Shown: positions 29,955 to 38,245, numbered from the stretch's first letter. The stretch is DNA of 64,000 nt from a bacterium (GCA_037368805.1 JAXYDM010000009.1:1851-65850); one strand, 5' to 3'. The notes: generated by a model not told the origin, from the letters alone. Translations and numbers: made by a program.

Positions 29955-30141
29955 TTGATCTCCCCCTTTTATACCGATTATATAATAAAACCGCGCCGAT
30001 TGAAAGATATATTTTAAATTATCTGTTAAAATTCCGTTAATGGTGATAAAAACTGTTGATTTTGCAGGCCTTTTGTGTTAACATTATACAGAAGTATACC
30101 CGTTTGATGCGGATTTGAATGTATAACATGGGAGGAACCTT

Positions 30142-32124
30142 ATGAAAAGCAAATCATTTAAGGCAGTGAGCGTGCTTGTTTGCCTGTTTCTCATTCTCTC
30201 GGTTTTTGCGGCGTGCAGCCCCAAAAATCCGGATAACGACGACTCCAACACCCTCTCGCCCAACGAAAGCTGGGCAGGCGGCGAGATTGTCTATGAGCCC
30301 GTGACCATCAGCAGCGTTGAGCTGGCGGATCTCGTCTCCGAGGCTCTCGGCGACGAAGCCAAGGACTTCAACGGCGACCTGAGCAAGCTCACCCCCGACC
30401 AGCTCCAAAAGGTCGAGGACGCAGCCAAGAACAAAGGCTACACCATTGATAAGGACAGCAGCGGCAAACCCGTTATCAAAAAGGACAACGTTGCCGTGAC
30501 CAAGGTCTCTCAGGATGAGGCAAACGACATCCTCACCCGCGCGAGCGTCAAGGATCCGAGCAAAATATCCAAAGACGAGTATGGCGAAATCTCAAAGATA
30601 GCCGATGACAACGGCCTTACCGCAGTTACTAACGGCAACGGCGGCGTTGATATCGTCAGGCCCGTAACCAGACCTGCGACCCGCCCCGCAACCAACCCGA
30701 ATCAGGGCGGCAACGACACACCCGCCAAAGACGATAAGACCACCAAGAAAAACAGCGGCGGCAACGCCGGCGGCAATCAGGAGGCCGTTTTCACCACGCG
30801 CAAGCCCATCGTCTCCCCTGCCGGCACCACCCTTGTCCGCACCGGCTCGATATCCTCCGGCTTCAACAAGGTCTTCAGCTTAGGCAAGACCGAGATATTC
30901 AAGGCTGACGCCGTCACCTCAGACGACGGCGTAGTGGCAGTCGGCGTTACATACTCCGACAACGACGGCAAGGTGACCGGCAACTCCAACGCCCTGATAG
31001 TCAAATACGACAAGAACGGCAAGGAGAAGTGGAAGTCAAGGCTCGTCGGCAACGACCTCACCTCGTTTGAGGACGTCGCAGTACTTTCCGACGGCAGCAT
31101 CGTCGCAGTCGGTCAGACCCTCGCCACCAACCTTGTGCCCGACGGCGCTTACAAGATGAAGAACACCGTTGAGGGCGTTGTCTCCAAATACAGCAACAAG
31201 GGCGAAAGGCTCTGGACAAAGATGATCGGCGGCAGCGACGGCGATATACTCTACTCCGTGGCGGCCACCCCCGACGGCGGCTTCGTCATCGGCGGCAAGA
31301 GCAAGTCTCACGACCTCGATCTCTCCGGTCTCTCAAACGACAAGACCCTCGCATTCGTCTTTAAGCTCAACGGCAACGGCGACATCGTTAACAGATTCGC
31401 TATCGGCGGCACCTATCACTGCAGCTTCGACGGTCTCTCGGTCGCGTCGAACGGCGACGTTTTCGGCGTATGCATCAACGCCAATGAGGACGGCGGCTTC
31501 GCCGGCATCGAGGGCGTTAAGAAGGCAAGAAAGACCTCGATAGTATTCAAATTCTCCTCCGACCTCAAGAAGGTTTGGACAAAGTCGATATATCTCACCG
31601 GCTCCGCGGAGCTCCCCTCCGTGCTTGCGACCAATGACGGCGGCTGCGTGATAGCGGGTCAATACTCCTGCTCCGGCACCTCGACCGACGGCACCTTCGC
31701 CGATATATACAACGGCGGCAACAAGGGCACGACCGACGGCGTCATCATCCGCATCGGCGGCGACTCCAAGATAACCTGGCTTCTGCCCCTCATCGGATTT
31801 GAGAACGACTTCGTCACCGGCATCGCAAAGGTTCCCGGCGGATATGCGGTCTCCGGCTACACCAACTCCACCAACAGAGATTTCGCAATTCAGAATCTCG
31901 GCGACAAGGACGCTTATGTCTATGTGATCTCCGAATACGGCCAGACCCAGACGATATCCTCCTTCGCCGGCAGCGGTGCGGACGCTGCAAGAGGCATCTG
32001 CTCAAACGGCTCGACCGTGTATGTCTGCGGTCAGACCGCTTCAAAGGACGGCTACTTCAAGGGCACCAACTCCGCCGAAAGCTCCGCCGCATTCCTTTGC
32101 GAATTCAAGCTCAACGCAAAATAA
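30142..32124 (+). CDS. lipoprotein with Pro/Thr-rich linker and about 7-8 beta-propeller-like repeats
   Basis: Lipobox LSVFAAC. Linker RPVTRPATRPATNPNQ. Recurrent DG(G/S)hhhhG blades: DGVVAVGVT, DGSIVAVGQT, DGGFVIGGKS, DGGCVIAGQY, GGYAVSGYT. Confidence 0.6.
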   Translation: MKSKSFKAVSVLVCLFLILSVFAACSPKNPDNDDSNTLSPNESWAGGEIVYEPVTISSVELADLVSEALGDEAKDFNGDLSKLTPDQLQKVEDAAKNKGYTIDKDSSGKPVIKKDNVAVTKVSQDEANDILTRASVKDPSKISKDEYGEISKIADDNGLTAVTNGNGGVDIVRPVTRPATRPATNPNQGGNDTPAKDDKTTKKNSGGNAGGNQEAVFTTRKPIVSPAGTTLVRTGSISSGFNKVFSLGKTEIFKADAVTSDDGVVAVGVTYSDNDGKVTGNSNALIVKYDKNGKEKWKSRLVGNDLTSFEDVAVLSDGSIVAVGQTLATNLVPDGAYKMKNTVEGVVSKYSNKGERLWTKMIGGSDGDILYSVAATPDGGFVIGGKSKSHDLDLSGLSNDKTLAFVFKLNGNGDIVNRFAIGGTYHCSFDGLSVASNGDVFGVCINANEDGGFAGIEGVKKARKTSIVFKFSSDLKKVWTKSIYLTGSAELPSVLATNDGGCVIAGQYSCSGTSTDGTFADIYNGGNKGTTDGVIIRIGGDSKITWLLPLIGFENDFVTGIAKVPGGYAVSGYTNSTNRDFAIQNLGDKDAYVYVISEYGQTQTISSFAGSGADAARGICSNGSTVYVCGQTASKDGYFKGTNSAESSAAFLCEFKLNAK

Positions 32125-32545
32125 GATTCAAAGAATTCAGCCCCATGAAGTTGCTTCGTGGGGCTGTTTGCATAATAACGCAGCAACGCAAAAGACGGAT
32201 TTATGCGCCCGAAGCATGTCATTTTTGAGGCAAAGGCCCTGCTCGTCAGCGGAGAAGCAATGCTTTGTCGGGGTGAGGTGTTCCTCGTGAAGGGCAGCAT
32301 CGCCCCCACTCCGTGTGGAGCAATTGCGACAGCGAGACCGTGATGATAGGCATCTCCGTGGAATGACCGACGGCTTGCGAGGACAATTGCAAGCTTTTCA
32401 GCACACATCATAGGGGACGGCGTCCTCGGTACCACGCAAGAATACTTGCAATTGAGCAATAATACGCTTCACCTTCGGGTATAATTCAACAATATGCGCC
32501 GCTCCGCGTTTAACGGCACATTGCATCATCAAGGAGGTAAAAATC

Positions 32546-32863
32546 ATGCTGCCCTATTCAATTCTGATGTTTGTAATCTCTGCGATTTTCATCGTTTTCA
32601 GCAGTCTGATATACCGCGGGCGCACCGAGCTGATACACAGCTATCACCGCGAAAACGTGACCGACCGTGTCGGCTACGGCAAGGCATTCGGCAAAGCTCT
32701 GCTCGTCGTTGCCGCCTCGCCGCTCGTCAGCGGCATTATCGGGCTGCTCGGCACGCAAGACCGCACCGCCGTCGCCGCCGTGATCGTTCTTATCGTCGGC
32801 CTCGTCATCGGCTTCACCGCCCTCGCCCGCGTCCAGAAAAAGTGGAACGGCGGGATATTCTGA
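32546..32863 (+). CDS. small 3-TM membrane protein
   Basis: 105 aa. AAGGAGG SD lies 7 nt before the ATG. Confidence 0.55.
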   Translation: MLPYSILMFVISAIFIVFSSLIYRGRTELIHSYHRENVTDRVGYGKAFGKALLVVAASPLVSGIIGLLGTQDRTAVAAVIVLIVGLVIGFTALARVQKKWNGGIF

Positions 32864-32928
32864 TTTTAAAACAAATTCGCCTGCCTCGATTGGGGCAGGC
32901 GTTGCTTTTTCGCGATCATGCGGCAATA

Positions 32929-33477
32929 TTACTTCATTTCTTCTTCTATCAGCGAAAAATAAACACAGTCTTCAATGCCAAATTCGGTCTTGTCTCTCAT
33001 TCTTAATGTTGCTTCGTTTTTAAATCCGAGCCGTTGCAGGACATTTTGCGAACGGATATTGCTTTCGGCGGCAAATGTGACGATATTATTGTAGCCTATC
33101 TCGACAAACCCGTAGCGAAGAACGACCCTTACCGTCTCGGTGGCATATCCGTTCCCCCAAAAGCCCGAGCCGAAGCAATATGATATGAAGCCCACTCCGG
33201 CGGCGGGATTCTCGTCATACAGATATATCGTGCCGATCAGGCTGTCGTTCTCTTTCAAAAACACGCCCCAATAGCACTCGTTTTGGTCATAATATTCCTG
33301 CCACTTGCGCAAATAATCAACGACCTGCGCCTCGTCGCTGTATGTATCCCAGGACATATATCCCGAAACCTTTTTGTCGGAATAAACATTCTCAAACAAC
33401 TGTTTTGAGTCGCTAATTTCTAATTTTCTCATGTAACAGCGCCGTGATTCCAGCGCTTTTGTACCCGAGTGGTTCAT
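32929..33477 (-). CDS. GNAT family N-acetyltransferase (RimJ/RimL-like)
   Basis: 182 aa. Acetyl-CoA binding region FWGNGYATETVRVVLRYGF and a typical RimL-like layout. Confidence 0.8.
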   Translation of the reverse strand: MNHSGTKALESRRCYMRKLEISDSKQLFENVYSDKKVSGYMSWDTYSDEAQVVDYLRKWQEYYDQNECYWGVFLKENDSLIGTIYLYDENPAAGVGFISYCFGSGFWGNGYATETVRVVLRYGFVEIGYNNIVTFAAESNIRSQNVLQRLGFKNEATLRMRDKTEFGIEDCVYFSLIEEEMK

Positions 33478-33541
33478 TTTTGCTCCTTTTTTATTTTGGC
33501 CCTTGCCTTGTCAATAATCTAATAAGCACATATACACATTA

Positions 33542-33710
33542 GTGAAATATTTTGCATATGCAAAATGTGAAATAACCGCTCCGCGGTTGTGAAATTTTCT
33601 GCTTCGCAGAAAGTGAAATGAAATCCACCCGTCGCCGCAGCGATTTCACACGCCGTCAGGCGCATTTCACATTGCGAAGCAATATTTCACCCACCCGAAG
33701 GGTGGATTTC
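33542..33710. repeat. mirror array of 'GTGAAAT + unique mini-hairpin' modules
   Basis: GTGAAAT at 33542, 33567, 33589 and 33613. ATTTCAC at 33643, 33664 and 33684, plus a partial ATTTC at 33706. Every 13-18 nt spacer is itself a different perfect palindrome/hairpin. Confidence 0.8.
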
Positions 33711-33714
33711 GTTG

Positions 33715-33745
33715 AAAAAAGCACTTCCGAAGAAGTGCTTTTTTC
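33715..33745. terminator. bidirectional terminator-like hairpin
   Basis: AAAAAA GCACTTC cgaa GAAGTGC TTTTTT. On the minus strand the loop is a C(UUCG)G tetraloop. Confidence 0.7.
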
Positions 33746-33767
33746 TGGCGTCCCCGGCGGGATTCGA
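33742..33767 (-). repeat. 26-nt duplicate of the tRNA-Arg 3' end plus 4 nt of 3' flank (att-like scar)
   Basis: tttcTGGCGTCCCCGGCGGGATTCGA is identical to 33896-33921. It covers CCA, the acceptor 3' strand and half of the T-arm. No matching 5' acceptor strand lies nearby. Confidence 0.8.
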
Positions 33768-33860
33768 CTCGCGCGCCTGCGGGCGCTTGGTCGCTCGCGG
33801 TCACAACAGTCCACCGGACTGTTGCTCTGTACCGCTCGTCCTTCGAATCCCTCCTCACAT

Positions 33861-33898
33861 GAAAAGAAAGTGCCCGCCTCTAAAGAGGCAGGCACTTT
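33861..33898 (-). terminator. terminator directly after tRNA-Arg
   Basis: Stem AAAGTGCCCGCCTC (33867-33880) / GAGGCAGGCACTTT (33885-33898). T-rich run follows on the minus strand. Confidence 0.65.
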
Positions 33899-33899
33899 C

Positions 33900-33976
33900 T
33901 GGCGTCCCCGGCGGGATTCGAACCCACGGCCTTTCGCTTAGGAGGCGAACGCTCTATCCTGCTGAGCTACGGAGAC
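33900..33976 (-). tRNA. tRNA-Arg (anticodon CCU), CCA encoded
   Basis: Reverse complement is GTCTCCGTAGCTCAGCAGGATAGAGCGTTCGCCTCCTAAGCGAAAGGCCGTGGGTTCGAATCCCGCCGGGGACGCCA. Cloverleaf with anticodon loop CUCCUAA. Confidence 0.9.
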
Positions 33977-34089
33977 ATATTCACTTATTTATAGCTTAAT
34001 AAGTTTATCAAAAAAGCGGCGAAATGTCAAGGGGAAAAATTCCGGTCGGAAAAATTTTCATATTCGTTGAATTCGCCGATAAATAATGC

Positions 34090-34118
34090 TTGAAAAATTC
34101 GGCACAATAATATAAAAT
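34090..34118 (+). promoter_or_regulatory. candidate sigma-A promoter of the pgk operon
   Basis: TTGAAA (34090-34095), 17-nt spacer, TAAAAT (34113-34118). Confidence 0.45.
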
Positions 34119-34167
34119 ATATAATTGGTTAAGAATGTTTCAATAAAAACCGAAAGGAAGAAGAATT

Positions 34168-35379
34168 ATGAGCTTACTTAACAAGAAAACCGTAGACGAT
34201 ATTAATGCAAAGGGCAAGAGAGTTCTCGTGCGCTGCGACTTCAACGTCCCCCTCAAGGACGGCGTTATCACCGATGAGAACAGGATCAATGCGGCTCTTC
34301 CCACCATACAGAAGCTGATAAACGACGGCGCAAAGGTCATCCTCTGCTCCCATCTCGGCAAGCCCAAGAACGGCCCCGAGGCTAAGTTCTCCCTTGCACC
34401 CGTTGCAAAGAGACTCAGCGAGAAACTCGGCAAGGAAGTCGTTTTTGCCGCTGACGACAATGTTGTCGGCGACAATGCAAGGGCAGCCGTTGCCGCTATG
34501 AAGGACGGCGACGTAGTCCTGCTTGAGAACACCCGCTTCCGCCCCGAAGAGACCAAGAACGGCGAAGCCTTCTCCAAGGATCTCGCAAGCCTTTGCGACA
34601 TTTATGTCAACGACGCATTCGGCGCCGCTCACAGAGCTCACTGCTCCACCGTCGGCGTTACCGCATTCGTCAAGGAAGCCGCTGTCGGCTACCTCATGGG
34701 CAAGGAGCTCAAGTATCTCGGCAATGCTGTTGAGAATCCCGCAAGGCCCTTCGTCACCATCCTCGGCGGCGCAAAGGTTGCGGACAAGCTCAATGTTATC
34801 GACAACCTCCTCAACAAGGCGGACACCCTCATCATCGGCGGCGGCATGGCTTACACCTTCCTTGCGGCAAAGGGCTACGGCGTAGGCAGATCGCTCCTTG
34901 ACGAGAGCAAGATAGATTACTGCAAGGATATGCTCAAGAAGGCTGAGGACAAGGGCGTTAAGATCCTGCTGCCCATCGACGTGGTAGCCGCTCCCGACTT
35001 CCCGAACCCCATCGACGCACCCATCGAGGTCAGCACCTTTGACGCCGACGCTCTCCCCGCAGACATGGAAGGCCTCGACATCGGCCCCAAGACCGCGGAG
35101 CTTTTCGCAAACGAAGTCAAGACCGCCAAGACCGTCGTATGGAACGGCCCCATGGGCGTTTTTGAGAATCCCACCCTTGCAGCCGGCACCATCGCGGTCG
35201 CCAAGGCTCTTGCCGAGACCGACGCGGTCACCATCATCGGCGGCGGCGACAGCGCAGCGGCAGTCAATTCCCTGGGCTTCGGCGACAAGATGACCCATAT
35301 CTCCACCGGCGGCGGCGCATCGCTTGAATTCCTCGAGGGTAAGGCCCTCCCCGGCATCGAGGCTGTTAACGATAAATAA
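34168..35379 (+). CDS. pgk: phosphoglycerate kinase
   Basis: 403 aa. Contains [15 protein letters not shown] and GGGDSAAAV. Confidence 0.95.
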   Translation: MSLLNKKTVDDINAKGKRVLVRCDFNVPLKDGVITDENRINAALPTIQKLINDGAKVILCSHLGKPKNGPEAKFSLAPVAKRLSEKLGKEVVFAADDNVVGDNARAAVAAMKDGDVVLLENTRFRPEETKNGEAFSKDLASLCDIYVNDAFGAAHRAHCSTVGVTAFVKEAAVGYLMGKELKYLGNAVENPARPFVTILGGAKVADKLNVIDNLLNKADTLIIGGGMAYTFLAAKGYGVGRSLLDESKIDYCKDMLKKAEDKGVKILLPIDVVAAPDFPNPIDAPIEVSTFDADALPADMEGLDIGPKTAELFANEVKTAKTVVWNGPMGVFENPTLAAGTIAVAKALAETDAVTIIGGGDSAAAVNSLGFGDKMTHISTGGGASLEFLEGKALPGIEAVNDK

Positions 35380-35388
35380 GTTGATACA

Positions 35389-35880
35389 ATGAAAAATGCA
35401 GATGCATTGCCCAAGCGGAAGCCTCTGAGGCTTAACGGATATGATTATTCTTCATGCGGAGCATACTTTATAACACTATGCGTCAAGGATAAACGCAGGA
35501 TTTTTTGGGAGAGCGTAGGGGCGAACTGTGTTCGCCCGGACATCGTTCCACTTTCAAGAATCGGGGAAATCGTTTCTCGGGAAATTCAAAAAATCAGCGT
35601 AATATATGACAATGTCGAAGTTGATAAATTTGTTGTCATGCCGAATCATGTCCATATGATATTGTCCATCCTTGCGGATGATCACGGGCGAACGCAGTTC
35701 GCCCCTACAGTATCGAGGGTAGTTAAGCAATTCAAGGGCTCCGTTACAAAACAAATCGGATTTTCTCCGTGGCAGCGCTCCTATCACGACCATGTGATAC
35801 GGAACGTGCGGGATTACGGGGAAATTTGGCAATACATTGACGAAAACCCGTTCCGTTGGGAATCGGATTGCTATTATTAA
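35389..35880 (+). CDS. RAYT / IS200-like Y1 HUH tyrosine transposase family protein
   Basis: 163 aa. HUH motif VMPNHVHMI. WQRSYHDHVIRNVRDYGEIWQYIDENP parallels E. coli RayT WQPRFWEHAIRNTKDY...DYIYINP (catalytic Tyr context). G+C is lower than pgk/tpiA by eye, and there is no SD. Confidence 0.8.
   Translation: MKNADALPKRKPLRLNGYDYSSCGAYFITLCVKDKRRIFWESVGANCVRPDIVPLSRIGEIVSREIQKISVIYDNVEVDKFVVMPNHVHMILSILADDHGRTQFAPTVSRVVKQFKGSVTKQIGFSPWQRSYHDHVIRNVRDYGEIWQYIDENPFRWESDCYY
35515..35538 (+). repeat. intragenic REP-like hairpin 1 (GTAG + 8-bp GC-rich stem)
   Basis: GTAG GGGCGAAC TGT GTTCGCCC G. Confidence 0.85.
35685..35708 (-). repeat. intragenic REP-like hairpin 2, inverted copy of hairpin 1
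   Basis: C GGGCGAAC GCA GTTCGCCC CTAC. This is the reverse complement of 35515-35538 apart from one loop base. Confidence 0.85.
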
Positions 35881-35899
35881 GTGAAAGGACAGTTAAATA

Positions 35900-36667
35900 A
35901 TGGACAAGTCACTTCGCAGACCCGTTATCGCGGGCAACTGGAAAATGAATAACACCCCCGAGCAGACCAAGGCGCTCATCGAGCAGATGAAGCCCCTTGT
36001 AGCGAACGCCGACTGCGACGTCGTTATCTGCGCCCCCTATATCGACCTCTATGCAGCCATGGAGGCAGCCGCAGGCTCCAACATCAAGATCGGTGCCGAG
36101 AACTGCCACTGGGCAGAGAAAGGCGCATTCACCGGCGAGGTTTCCGCCAATATGCTCAAGGCCGCAGGCGTGCCCTATGTCATCATCGGTCACTCCGAGC
36201 GCAGGCAGTATTTCGGCGAGACCGACGAGACCGTCCGCGACAGAGTCAGAGCTGCTCTGAACGCAGGCCTCAAGGTCATCCTCTGCGTGGGCGAAGTCCT
36301 CGAGGAGAGGCAGCTCGGCATCACCGCCGAGATAGTCAGGAAGCAGACCAAGGTCGCCCTCTCCGGCGTTTCCGAGGCTGAGCTTGCAAACATCATCATC
36401 GCCTATGAGCCTGTTTGGGCTATCGGCACCGGCCTGACCGCCACTCCGGAGCAGGCAAACGAGGTTTGCGCCGTTATCCGCGCTCTCGTCGCAGAGCTTT
36501 ACAGCAAGGACGCCGCGGATCATTTCGTTATCCAGTACGGCGGCTCGATGAACGACGGCAACGCTGCCGAGCTTCTTGCTCAGTATGACGTTGACGGCGG
36601 CCTTATCGGCGGCGCTTCACTCGTTGCTGAGAAATTCGCAAAGATAGTTGAAGCTGCAAGCAAATAA
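35900..36667 (+). CDS. tpiA: triosephosphate isomerase
   Basis: 255 aa. Contains AGNWKMN, IIGHSERR, YEPVWAIGTG. Confidence 0.95.
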   Translation: MDKSLRRPVIAGNWKMNNTPEQTKALIEQMKPLVANADCDVVICAPYIDLYAAMEAAAGSNIKIGAENCHWAEKGAFTGEVSANMLKAAGVPYVIIGHSERRQYFGETDETVRDRVRAALNAGLKVILCVGEVLEERQLGITAEIVRKQTKVALSGVSEAELANIIIAYEPVWAIGTGLTATPEQANEVCAVIRALVAELYSKDAADHFVIQYGGSMNDGNAAELLAQYDVDGGLIGGASLVAEKFAKIVEAASK

Positions 36668-36730
36668 TCGCAATTTCAGGGCGGGGGCGGAGTTTTCCGT
36701 TCCCGCCGTTTTGGGAAAGGATATGATATT

Positions 36731-38245
36731 ATGAGCAAAAGACCCGTTCTTCTTTGCATCATGGACGGCTTCGGCAAGAACGAAAGCACCTACGGCAACG
36801 CTATCGCCGCCGCAAAGAAGCCGAATCTTGATAAGATCGTCAGTGAGAATCCTATGACCTTTATCGGCGCGTCCGGCCTTGACGTCGGTCTTCCCGACGG
36901 TCAGATGGGCAACTCCGAGGTCGGCCACACCAACATCGGCGCCGGCAGAGTGGTCTATCAGGAGCTTACCAGGATCACAAAGTCCATTCAGGACGGCGAC
37001 TTTTTCACCAATGAAGCTCTCGTCGGCGCAATGGAGAACTGCAAAAAGAATTCCTCGGCTCTTCACCTGATGGGTCTTATGTCCGACGGCGGCGTTCACA
37101 GCCACAACACTCACCTCTACGGCATCATGGAGCTTGCCAAGCGCAGCGGCGTTGACAAGGTGTATATCCACTGCTTCATGGACGGCCGCGACGTGCCCCC
37201 CACCTCAGGCAAGGATTACCTCGCCGAGCTTTACAAGAAGTGCGACGAGATAGGCGTGGGCGAGATCGCAACCGTCATGGGCAGATACTACGCCATGGAC
37301 AGAGACAACCGCTGGGAGAGAGTCGTCAAGGCTTACAAGGCCATGACCGAGGGCGAGGGCGTTAAATTCGACTGCGCCTGCAAGATGATGGAGGAATCCT
37401 ACGCAAACGACGTGACCGATGAATTTATCGTGCCCGCAGTCTCTGAAAAAGCCGTTCCCGTCAAGGATAACGACTCGATCGTTTTCTTTAACTTCCGCCC
37501 CGACAGAGCGAGAGAGATCACCAGAGCCTTTGTCGACCCCGCATTCAGCGGCTTCGAGAGAGAGCAGCTCAAGGGTCTCTATTATGTCTGCATGACTCAG
37601 TACGACGCAACCATGCCGAACGTCCATGTAGCATTCAAGCCCGAGTCGCTTGAAAACACCTTCGGCGAGTATATCTCCGACAAGGGTCTCAAGCAGCTCA
37701 GGATTGCCGAGACCGAGAAATACGCTCATGTAACCTTCTTCTTCAACGGCGGCGTTGAGAAGCAGTACCCCGGCGAGGACAGGATCCTTGTCAAATCCCC
37801 CGCCGTCGCCACCTATGACCTCCAGCCCGAGATGAGCGCCTATGAAGTCACCGACAAGCTGCTTGCAGCCATCGACAGTGACAAATACGACGCCATCATC
37901 CTGAACTATGCGAACTGCGACATGGTCGGTCACACCGGCGTATTCGACGCAGCGGTCAAGGCCGTTGAAGCGGTCGACACCTGCGTAAGTAAGATAGTTG
38001 ACGCCGTTGCCGCAAAGGGCGGCGTGACACTCATCACCGCCGACCACGGCAACGCTGACAAGATGTATGAGGCGGACGGCTCGCCCTTCACGGCGCACAC
38101 GACCAACCCCGTGCCTTTCATCGTTGTCGGCTACCCCTGCGAGCTTCGTGAGGGCGGCAGGCTCTGCGATATCGCGCCCACCATGCTGAAGATAATGGGT
38201 CTTGAGCAGCCTAAAGAAATGACGGGCGTAAGCATCATCAAATAA
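36731..38245 (+). CDS. gpmI: 2,3-bisphosphoglycerate-independent phosphoglycerate mutase
   Basis: 504 aa. Contains LCIMDGFG, MGNSEVGHTNIGAGR, ADHGNA. Confidence 0.95.
   Translation: MSKRPVLLCIMDGFGKNESTYGNAIAAAKKPNLDKIVSENPMTFIGASGLDVGLPDGQMGNSEVGHTNIGAGRVVYQELTRITKSIQDGDFFTNEALVGAMENCKKNSSALHLMGLMSDGGVHSHNTHLYGIMELAKRSGVDKVYIHCFMDGRDVPPTSGKDYLAELYKKCDEIGVGEIATVMGRYYAMDRDNRWERVVKAYKAMTEGEGVKFDCACKMMEESYANDVTDEFIVPAVSEKAVPVKDNDSIVFFNFRPDRAREITRAFVDPAFSGFEREQLKGLYYVCMTQYDATMPNVHVAFKPESLENTFGEYISDKGLKQLRIAETEKYAHVTFFFNGGVEKQYPGEDRILVKSPAVATYDLQPEMSAYEVTDKLLAAIDSDKYDAIILNYANCDMVGHTGVFDAAVKAVEAVDTCVSKIVDAVAAKGGVTLITADHGNADKMYEADGSPFTAHTTNPVPFIVVGYPCELREGGRLCDIAPTMLKIMGLEQPKEMTGVSIIK

Noticed and set aside
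32170-32400. Cys-rich minus-strand frame KACNCPRK...CRNCSTRSGGDAALHEEHLTPTKHCFSADEQGLCLKNDMLRAHKS, resembling a degraded HNH nuclease (CxxC...HxxH...).
   Set aside because: No start codon in the frame. The resemblance is only pattern-level and needs generous substitutions, so it cannot be supported without a database search. Left as unannotated spacer. A blastx hit to HNH/McrA proteins would revive it.
33746-33860. Possible tmRNA, or a second long-arm tRNA, ending in ...TCGAATCCCGCCGGGGACGCCA.
   Set aside because: No complementary 5' acceptor strand (GTCCCCG) lies anywhere upstream except in the real tRNA-Arg. The discriminator G and the acceptor sequence do not fit tmRNA (no GGGG...ACCA, no G3-U70), and there is no tag reading frame. 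Better explained as a duplicated tRNA 3' end.
33618-33999. ORFs 33618-33941 (+), 33712-33999 (+) and 33656-33895 (-), which span the hairpin array, terminators and tRNA-Arg.
   Set aside because: They read straight through a tRNA gene, its duplicate and several perfect palindromes. Arg/Ser-rich nonsense translations and no SD sites. These are structural-DNA artefacts, not genes.
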